Positions 23,526 through 32,000 of a DNA stretch of 33,107 nt are shown here, piece by piece (position 1 is the stretch's first letter; every line of letters begins with the position of its first letter). The notes beneath the pieces were generated by a model. The model searched no databases and was not told where the DNA came from. It was given only the letters and a program-made list of their open reading frames with translations. Both the position numbers and the translations under genes were made by a program. This stretch comes from Candidatus Woesearchaeota archaeon (lineage in GTDB: Archaea > Nanobdellota > Nanobdellia > Woesearchaeales > GW2011-AR4), in NCBI GenBank assembly GCA_016192955.1, contig JACPTD010000037.1, forward strand, positions 1-33,107. Reading direction: 5' to 3'.

Positions 23526-25118
23526 TTACCTGTCAGCAACGCCCTTGAAATAATAATTGTTCTGCATATACACATGCACTATCGGATTTTCATCAGTTGA
23601 AATCTGTATAGTATTGTTATTAAAGTAATTTTGCAGAAACTTTGGAAATCTGAACAAAAATTCATTGTCTGATGCGGAATACCAAACACCTTCAATATGC
23701 TTATTCCTTGCTATTCTGGGATCAAGGCTTTTGCCTGAGATGATATAGCCGATTGAGCCGCTTGCAGAGCCAGGGAACAAATAAGGAAATGTCTGCGGCA
23801 TTGATGATTTCATGGTCTTGTAAATCGAGGTGAAGCCCTCAAGAAAATAATACGGCGAGTCAGCCTGAGTGACAACTAAGCCGTTTTTTCTCAGAACTCT
23901 TCTGATTTCATCATAAAACTCTTTTGTGTAAAGCGGCGCAACTTCCAGTTTTTTAGGGTCGGGAAGGTCAAGCACAATTATATCGTAAGACTCGTCTGGA
24001 GCCTGTTTAATGAATATTCTTCCGTCCATAATTGCTTTATTAACCCTTTTGTCATCCAATGAGCCCCTATGGACATTCTTTAAGTATTTCTTAGATATCT
24101 CTATAACTTGTTTATCCAGCTCAACATGATCAATTCTTGTAAAATTGAACTTTAGCAACTGGTATAATGCGCCGCCATCTCCGCCACCAATCACCAAAGC
24201 GCTTTCCGGGTTTGGATGTGCAGCTATGGCAGGCAATACAAGGTATTCGTGGTACCTTATTGATTCCTTGTCCGATATCTGTATTTTGCCGTCCAGAAGC
24301 AGCTGATACCCGTAATAAGGTGATTTAAGGATAAGGATGTGCTGAAACGGGCTTATAACAGAAGAAACAGTTTCCGTATAGTAAGTTTCATGGAACAAAG
24401 AGCCAACCGAGTAAAAAGAGTCCAAAAAATTGAGTTTTAATTCATTAAACAAAGGCTGTGAAGCAAATAAAAAAATAAAGCCAGCAGAAAAAATTGCAGA
24501 TATTAGCAATAAAAATATCAGATTTCCTTTTTTGCCTATTCTTGCAGCCAGCCCAAATGTAACTAGGTTTAGAAAACCGCCAAAATACATTGCGCCATGA
24601 AATCCAAGAGCAGGTATAAAAAGAATGCCTGAAAATAAAGCCCCTACAACCCCTCCAAGTGTGTCAGCAAAATAAACAAAGCCGGTTGCACTTTTGCTTC
24701 CAAGCTGCTCGAGTATTTTTACAGCTATTGGGATTTCCATGCCCATCAATGTTGTAGGAACAGTCAATGAGCCGATTATTATCCAAAAAATATGATTGAC
24801 AGATATGCCTGATGATGCAATCTCTGCTATAATGCCAAGGAAAAAGAAGCCAAACAGCGCAACCAAAAGCTCAATCAGCATGAGGACTTTTATAAAAGAT
24901 AGCTTCATTTTAACAATATGGCCGCCGAGCAAAGCGCCAACAGCAAGCCCAAACAAAAATGACGCCAGGACAATTGATGCGGAGATTTCTGTTGCTCCAA
25001 CAATTGTTACAACAACAGAGAGCAAGACAACCTCGTAAAGCAGGCTTGCAAGCCCTGTGGAAAACATTGTAAGAAAAACAATGATGCTGTCGCTGTCAAA
25101 ATAACTTAATTTGTTCAT
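23526..25118 (-). CDS. speE: Spermidine-synthase-like aminopropyltransferase fused to an N-terminal multi-pass membrane domain
   Basis: About 230 aa of transmembrane helices are followed by LVIGGGDGGALYQLL, HVELD and IIVLDLPDP. Its start overlaps the speH stop. Confidence 0.8.
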   Translation of the reverse strand: MNKLSYFDSDSIIVFLTMFSTGLASLLYEVVLLSVVVTIVGATEISASIVLASFLFGLAVGALLGGHIVKMKLSFIKVLMLIELLVALFGFFFLGIIAEIASSGISVNHIFWIIIGSLTVPTTLMGMEIPIAVKILEQLGSKSATGFVYFADTLGGVVGALFSGILFIPALGFHGAMYFGGFLNLVTFGLAARIGKKGNLIFLLLISAIFSAGFIFLFASQPLFNELKLNFLDSFYSVGSLFHETYYTETVSSVISPFQHILILKSPYYGYQLLLDGKIQISDKESIRYHEYLVLPAIAAHPNPESALVIGGGDGGALYQLLKFNFTRIDHVELDKQVIEISKKYLKNVHRGSLDDKRVNKAIMDGRIFIKQAPDESYDIIVLDLPDPKKLEVAPLYTKEFYDEIRRVLRKNGLVVTQADSPYYFLEGFTSIYKTMKSSMPQTFPYLFPGSASGSIGYIISGKSLDPRIARNKHIEGVWYSASDNEFLFRFPKFLQNYFNNNTIQISTDENPIVHVYMQNNYYFKGVADR

Positions 25119-25474
25119 CAATAATCCGCCTTATTAATCCTCTTTACCTTCCCGCTAAACTCCTTTGAAAGAATATCAGCCAAAAGTCTTTCATTTATCT
25201 CCTTGTTGCATGTGAAAATATCAAAAAAAACCTTGCACTCTTCAGGCCATGTATGTATGATAAAATGCGATTGGGAGAGAATAAAGCAGTATGTAATCCC
25301 TTCAGGAGCCTCAAATATATGGCATTTTTCTCCAACTACCTTTAAGCCCATAACCCTGCACACTTTCAAAACAGAATTTTTTATCATATGCGCAGACTTC
25401 AGAAATTCCTGCGAGTCAGTCTCAAGGTACCCCACAAGATGCCACATTTTCATAGAAGCAGCAATTAAAGACAA
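25118..25474 (-). CDS. speH: S-adenosylmethionine decarboxylase proenzyme (small, pyruvoyl-dependent class)
   Basis: The self-processing and active-site segment ILSQSHFIIHTWPEE is present (family consensus ..ESH.s.HTWPE). The start is ambiguous between TTG 25474 and ATG 25453. Confidence 0.8.
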   Translation of the reverse strand: MSLIAASMKMWHLVGYLETDSQEFLKSAHMIKNSVLKVCRVMGLKVVGEKCHIFEAPEGITYCFILSQSHFIIHTWPEECKVFFDIFTCNKEINERLLADILSKEFSGKVKRINKADY

Positions 25475-25487
25475 GTTATTAAACTTT

Positions 25488-25530
25488 ATTATAGAGAATT
25501 TTGAAATATATCAATTTTGTCAAAATTCTC
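25488..25530 (-). promoter_or_regulatory. speH promoter region with the perfect palindrome GAGAATTTTG-N17-CAAAATTCTC around an alternating AT centre
   Basis: Arms at 25494-25503 and 25521-25530 are exact reverse complements. The same element occurs upstream of mcm. Confidence 0.45.
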
Positions 25531-25628
25531 TGTAAGCAATAAATTATGCAACAAACATCATTAGTGGAAACTTTTAAATACTAATATCGAATGAGTGTAA
25601 AGAAGCGTTATAAAAAGAGGTGCCTTAT

Positions 25629-27878
25629 ATGTTAAATCTGGTCAAGTTTCTAAAAATTATGCCCTTATTGTTGATAATCCCCGCTTTGCTCCCGACTTTT
25701 ATCTATGCAGAATCAACTCCTCCACCTCCTCCGCCGCCATGCCCGATACAGAGCGCAGGATGCTATAAAACAGGCGACATAAAAGCAGGCTTTGGCGAAT
25801 TGACCACAGCAGAGTTTGGGCATTTCCTTACTGAAAACAAATGCAAAAAAACCGATCAGTGTGATTGCAGAGGCGTTCCTGATAATGTGCCTCAGGAAGC
25901 TAACCCAGACGATTCAAGCGGGGCGTGCAACTGCATTTCTGGAACTGACTGGAATGCGCGTGGCAGGTGCTGCGGGGATGACGCTGATGATTGCGGCAAA
26001 ATAAGCTCTGGGGTTTTATGCAGCATAGATGCAAATGCAGAAACAGCACAATGGCTTCCTTCAACACCAAATCTTGGCGATATGAGGTATGTTGGCTGCT
26101 CAAGGCTTGAGTACATATCAGATGGAAACGACTGGCTCAAGTGCGATGGCGTGTTTTGGAAAAGGACAATAAGCAGCAGCGAGTACATTTGCATTGGAAG
26201 AGGCAGGGAGTCAATTGTCGAATGCTGCGGAGACAGCTCATGGAAGTCAAGGGTTGACGGCAAAAGGCTTTCAACAGGCCAGTCTGTAACGCCTTCAAGC
26301 CATAGCGGGAATCTAACAATCGCGGATGACAGGACTTATTACTGCAGGTCAGACGGAAAATTTGTCACGGACTTGGACACGCCAAATTCCCGGACAAGCG
26401 ACACTATGCTTAACAACAAAAATAAAAAAACATGCGAAATGGCAGGCTTAAAGTGGACTGGCACAAAATGCTGCAGCGAAGCAGATGATGCAGATGAATA
26501 TTATAACGACCCTGGCGATATTGGGGGCTGCTGGAATAAAAATCTGGTTGTCAGCGTTGATTTTGTCAACGGCACAAATGAAGCTGTTGTGAACTATGAA
26601 GGGGAATTTCATGGGTGCGCGCTTGAGCAGTCAGCAGGCATATCAAGCATACTTGACAGGCACACAGGAGCCACTTTAGTAACAAGCCATCCGCCCTGCT
26701 TCAACGACCCTGAAAACAATTATTACTGCTCGCCTTCCGGAAAATGGCTGCCTACTGACGGCGCTAACAGGTCGCATTCAAGCTCAACGCCACTGGCAAA
26801 CGCAAGCCGGCAATCTGAATGCTGCGCGCCAAATGAATGCTGGGATGGGCAAATGTGCGTGGAAAACCAAAGAGACAACCCATTAGCGCAGCCAACAAAC
26901 AGCAGAAGATGCATTGATGGAGCATGGGAGCAAGCTGAAATCAGGACAAGCGTTGATGGCAGCGCATCCGGCTATTGCCCGGAAAGGATGCAATGCCTTG
27001 TCAATGTCTTCGAAGGCAATGAAACCAGCCAGTGCATCAACAATGGGCAGTATGTTGAAGACAATTTATGCGAGAATGGCCAATGGTCGTCAAGGACAAA
27101 ACTATTGGCTTTGAAATTATTAAAGATGAAAAGCGGGGATTTCACGCTTTTCTGCGATAAAAAGGAGAATACGCTGAACAATCTCCAATACCTCACAGGC
27201 TCAAACGACATAGTTGCAAATGTACTTTCAGATCTGGAAACAAATAATTTCTGCGTTTTAAAGAACGGCAACAGGGTCATTGCAGCCACATCAATAAACA
27301 AAGACCTTGATGATATTCCTGACAACAGCTTAGCCATATTGGGAGTCACAAGCTGCGATAATGCGCTCATTGACGATGGGCAATACCATTCATGCGATTC
27401 AACAAACAAGGCATGGTTCAATAAACAGCTTAAAAGCTTTATCTACAGCGCAGCTGCAATAACAGTGCCACCAGAGCAAAACCAGCTTAACTCATTTGAA
27501 GAGCTTATCTTAAACCCAATAAGAAACATTGTCAACTCTATAAGGAGGCTGATAACAACACCTCCATTTGACGCCTCTTATGTAAGCGGCATCAGGAAAT
27601 TTGACAAGTTATACCTTGAGCAGCGCGGAAGCAGGTCAATCGGCGGCTCAATAGAGGGAAAAGAGCTGAAAAATGCGGTGATAGAATACAAAAACTTTGA
27701 CATAGACATATGCAAGTTTGTCGATGCATTCAATGAGGCAAGAAGAGACTCCTTATCCGGCATTTCATGCAAGAAAGAGGGCAATAATTACTATGTTCTG
27801 GCGCAGGGAAGCAGATTGTCAAATCTCAATCCAGAAGCAATTTGGCAGGATTTAACTTCAAAATTAAGGGTAAAATGA
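25629..27878 (+). CDS. Secreted cysteine-rich protein with a poly-proline linker (unknown family)
   Basis: The ATG at 25629 is preceded by agaggtg. Signal peptide MLNLVKFLKIMPLLLIIPALLPTFIYA, then PPPPPPP. There are many Cys residues, including recurring CCG/CC motifs (RCCGDDADDCG, ECCGDSS, KCCSEADD, ECCAPNEC). Confidence 0.7.
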   Translation: MLNLVKFLKIMPLLLIIPALLPTFIYAESTPPPPPPPCPIQSAGCYKTGDIKAGFGELTTAEFGHFLTENKCKKTDQCDCRGVPDNVPQEANPDDSSGACNCISGTDWNARGRCCGDDADDCGKISSGVLCSIDANAETAQWLPSTPNLGDMRYVGCSRLEYISDGNDWLKCDGVFWKRTISSSEYICIGRGRESIVECCGDSSWKSRVDGKRLSTGQSVTPSSHSGNLTIADDRTYYCRSDGKFVTDLDTPNSRTSDTMLNNKNKKTCEMAGLKWTGTKCCSEADDADEYYNDPGDIGGCWNKNLVVSVDFVNGTNEAVVNYEGEFHGCALEQSAGISSILDRHTGATLVTSHPPCFNDPENNYYCSPSGKWLPTDGANRSHSSSTPLANASRQSECCAPNECWDGQMCVENQRDNPLAQPTNSRRCIDGAWEQAEIRTSVDGSASGYCPERMQCLVNVFEGNETSQCINNGQYVEDNLCENGQWSSRTKLLALKLLKMKSGDFTLFCDKKENTLNNLQYLTGSNDIVANVLSDLETNNFCVLKNGNRVIAATSINKDLDDIPDNSLAILGVTSCDNALIDDGQYHSCDSTNKAWFNKQLKSFIYSAAAITVPPEQNQLNSFEELILNPIRNIVNSIRRLITTPPFDASYVSGIRKFDKLYLEQRGSRSIGGSIEGKELKNAVIEYKNFDIDICKFVDAFNEARRDSLSGISCKKEGNNYYVLAQGSRLSNLNPEAIWQDLTSKLRVK

Positions 27879-29074
27879 AAATCAAATCCATAAAATCCCA
27901 GATTACGATGCTTATGATTGTCGGCTTAGTCCTGTTCACTATTATAAGTTTTGTGTTTTATATCTCAAAATCAACGGTTAAAAAACAAAGCCAGCAAAAC
28001 ATGAAAAAGCTGCAGGAAACTGCAATAGATGCGCAGCCAATAAAAGAATTTGTAGTAAAATGCATTGACAAGCTCTCAAAGGACGCAGTTGTTTTAATCG
28101 GCAAACAAGGGGGCTACACATATTCAAGCCAAGGCGGCACATTAGTGGACTACAGCGCTACTGATGAAGGCTTGTTTTTTGTCAAATACCACAATTTCAA
28201 TGTGGCGTACAACATACTGCCTCCAAGATTTGCTGCACAGCCTTATTTTTCGGAAATTCCCGACTATCCGTGGCCAACTTTTCCTTATAGTGCACCAACC
28301 TCTAATTCAGCCTCTAACACACAAATGTTTGAAGGGTTTTTCGGCATAAATAACATGCCTCCATTAAATTCCTCCCATGGCCCGAACTCAATACAAGAGC
28401 AGATTGGAGCATTTATTGACAAAAACATGGGCAAGTGCCTTGACTTTAATATTTTTGAAAAGCAAGGCATGGGCATAGAAATGAAATCACCAAAAACATC
28501 TGTAAGCATAAACAGCGGCAGCATTTCTGTCAGGTCAAAAATCCCGCTGGCTATATCCAACCAAGCGACAAATGAGCTTACAGAATTGACTGACTTTTCA
28601 GCAAATCTGGACATAAGGCTCGGAGACATTTATTTTTTTGCCAAGGAGCTTATTGAAAATGACATTAAAAATATAAAATTTGACATAGGCGATGCAGCCA
28701 ATAACCGGGATTTTGTGAGCATAAGAGTTGTTGAAAATGCAAAATCCAAAGACGACATAATCATAGTAACTGACGACAAATCCTTAATTTACGGTGCGCC
28801 ATTTGAGTATATATTCGCCAGGCGAAACAGGGCGCCAGCACTGCATTACATCAGAAGGGACACTTTAAGCTTTCAGCATAACCGCCAGATAACCCAAAAT
28901 GATCTGCTGCAGGGCGCGGAATTAAAAGCAGACGACCCTGATGAGGACAGATATACATTCAAAATAACTCCAGAGCTGCCAAAAACACTGAACATACCGC
29001 AAATCAGGTTTAAAGTTGAGGTCAGCGACGGAAGCCTTTCGGATTACCAAATCATAAATGTTAACAGGATATGA
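27875..29074 (+). CDS. Membrane-anchored or pilin-like protein with a class III (type IV pilin-like) signal-peptide candidate
   Basis: The ATG at 27875 overlaps the upstream stop (ATGA). The N-terminus is MKIKSIKS|QITMLMIVGLVLFTIISFVFYI: basic residues, a small residue, Gln, then a hydrophobic helix. The rest looks soluble. Confidence 0.6.
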   Translation: MKIKSIKSQITMLMIVGLVLFTIISFVFYISKSTVKKQSQQNMKKLQETAIDAQPIKEFVVKCIDKLSKDAVVLIGKQGGYTYSSQGGTLVDYSATDEGLFFVKYHNFNVAYNILPPRFAAQPYFSEIPDYPWPTFPYSAPTSNSASNTQMFEGFFGINNMPPLNSSHGPNSIQEQIGAFIDKNMGKCLDFNIFEKQGMGIEMKSPKTSVSINSGSISVRSKIPLAISNQATNELTELTDFSANLDIRLGDIYFFAKELIENDIKNIKFDIGDAANNRDFVSIRVVENAKSKDDIIIVTDDKSLIYGAPFEYIFARRNRAPALHYIRRDTLSFQHNRQITQNDLLQGAELKADDPDEDRYTFKITPELPKTLNIPQIRFKVEVSDGSLSDYQIINVNRI

Positions 29075-32000
29075 CAAGCATAAAAAAAGAGGCGATATTT
29101 GCATTATTTTTGACACTTATCGCAGTTAACTCCATAAATGCCTTAGCCGACGAGCTCGGATGCTGCAGCAACACAGGCTCAGGCCTTTTGGCGTGCTCTG
29201 CAGACAGATTAATCTATAGGGATGCGGAATGCTGCCCAAGCCCTGAAACAAATTTCCCAAATTATTACAGGTCAGAGCAAAATGTCAATGCGCCTGCAAA
29301 TGCAAATGAATGCAAAACAAGCTTCTTTTTCACAAACAGGGAATGCTCAAGCGTGGCAGCATGCGCCTTAGGCTGCTGCTGCTCTGAATTGGGAGGAACC
29401 ATCAAGCCAGAAGCGCAGTGCAGCGGCACCGGCTCGACATTTTACAGGGGGCAGACAAACTGCAACTCGGTTTGCCAAGCTCCTGAATGCAATGACAACA
29501 TAGACAATGACAATAACGGATGCGCTGATTTTGAGAACGGCGACTTAGGGTGCGCAAGCCCTGCTGATGCAGATGAATCAGGCGGAAGCTGCGCCAGCCA
29601 GGGGGCAGGATGCAACAACCCAAACTACGCGCCTAAACTGAGCAACCTTCAGATAACGCCTTTAAAAGGCCAGAGGAAATTCTTATTAAGATGGCAGGAC
29701 GAATGCGGCCAGACAGCATCATCTTACAACATTTTAAGATGCAAAAACACAGGATGCACTAATTTTGAGCTTGCAGGAACTACAAATACAAACTCGTTTG
29801 AAGACGCTTCGCAAGAGCTGGAGTTTGATGTTACATACACCTATCAGATCAAGGCAAGATACATCCTGCAAACAGCATTGCCAACAATAACAAAAACAGC
29901 TACGCTGGGCAACATCCAATGCTTAGGCAGGATGTCTTCAGACAATTTTTGCATACACGAGCTAAACAAAGCATATTCCTGCGACGCATCCAACAAGCTT
30001 GTTCCAGAAGGGACATCCTGCTCGTCAAATCAAATCTGCATAATCAGCAACAATAATCCATCATGCATAAGCAAGGTTAACTGCAATTATAACAATGCCA
30101 ACCCATTTGGATTATTCTACACAATTGAAGGCTGCGAAAACGGAAGATACTGCTTCTACGACAGGTCAGCATCAATAGTGAATTCCTGCTTTAGCTGCAA
30201 CCCGTCAATGTCGTGTTATGATTATAAGACAGAAGAGTCATGCACAAGGGACAATTGCAGGATTGGCAGCTGCAGATGGAAGAACCTTGCAAACCAGCTT
30301 GGAACAGGGGTATGCGCAGGCACAAAAGAATATAACTGCCAATGGTGCACAAGCAAGGGCACAAGCTCCTCGGAGAATTTAAGGGCATTTAACGAGGTTT
30401 TTGATTTCTGCACAAAGGAAAAGTCAAATGCGCTGTCAGAAGCGGCATTCAAGTGCTATTTCCGCGACGGAACTTCAAAAAATTGCGATCAGGTCGTTTG
30501 CAGGGACTACAAGCCAGAGGAATGCCCAGCAGCTTTGATAAGCCACGATGAAAACAACAAAATAAATAGTCCTTCATCAGATGACTGCGGCATAAAAGTA
30601 TGCCAGAAAATTAATAATGAATGCGTCAAAAATTCAGACGGCGACAGCTCAGCAGACTGCGCAACTGCATTGTGCGAGAGCGATTACTTCGCCCCAAATG
30701 CAACCCTTATCCCAATAATAAACAGGGGACTAGTAGACAAGCTAATTGTGCAAATATACGACAAAACAAGCAGTAACAGCTCATTTATATTAAAAACATC
30801 TTCAGATTACTCCACATTCTTGTGCGTGGAGCCCTGCGGCTTGCAAGGACATCCATATTCCGTTTCAACACCAAGCAGGACAATGATAGTAAGCAATCTT
30901 AACATTTTTGACGGCGGCAACGGAAACAGGCTCTTAACCCTGAATGAGGGAGCAAATATCATAAGGTACTATTCCCAGGATCCGGCTAAAAACATAGGAG
31001 AAGTCAGAAAGGCGGCAATAGAAGCCCACAGCAGAGTGGATGGCCCAAAGATTTTCTCAATAAACATAAGCGGGGCATCAAGTCAGCAAGGGAAGTTCTA
31101 CACAAGCAACCAAAAGCCAACAATTGAAATTGAATTTTTCGAGCCTGCTATAGTGACCTTTTCAAGGATTATAAGCAGGGACGGAACCAGGCTGGCAAGC
31201 CTTCAGGCCAGCAGCCAGACAAATAAAAAGTTCAGCTTTGCAATTGAGCAGCCTTTGCCCCTTGGAGAATACATATTTGAGCTACACGCCAAGAATAACG
31301 ACAACATTTTCATGAACCCACCTTTGTCCCAGCCAATAGTTATTGATAACAACATGCCAACTTTAAGCATAGTGCCTTTAAACGGAACTGTAATCAACAA
31401 TACGCAAGTTGTAATCAGCCTCACGTTTGACAAGGAAGCAAACCTTGACACAGTAAAATTAAATTCAGAGGACATAAAGGGGCTATTCTCAACATCAGAC
31501 AACAAAATTTTCACATCAACAACAAGCCTTCAGGACGGGAACAAGCAGCTTGAGGTGACAGCAAGGGATTTTGCAGGCAACCAGGTAACTGGCTCTGCAT
31601 CATTCATTGTTGACGCAAACCCGACCACTATAAATCTTATAAGCCCGAGATTCGGGACATCGCCTAATTTTATTTTTGATGTTTTAGTTGAGACTGACAA
31701 CAACGCAGAATGCAGGCTCAGCATTGACAACAACTTTGAGTTCGAGTTTATGGACAGGTTCGCAACCACAGGCGCAACATCGCATACCATAACAAATTTC
31801 AACAAAATAGCGTTAGGAGACACAAATACCCACAAGCTGAATGTAAGATGCCGGGCTCAGAGAGGGTTCTCATTTGCTTCCTTTGATATAAGCGTTGATC
31901 CAACACCGCCGCAGCTAAAAAATGCGTTTGCATTCCCTAACCCGATTGTTGAAAAGCCGTCAGCAACAAAACTAACTGTGGAATCAAATGAGCCGGTCAT

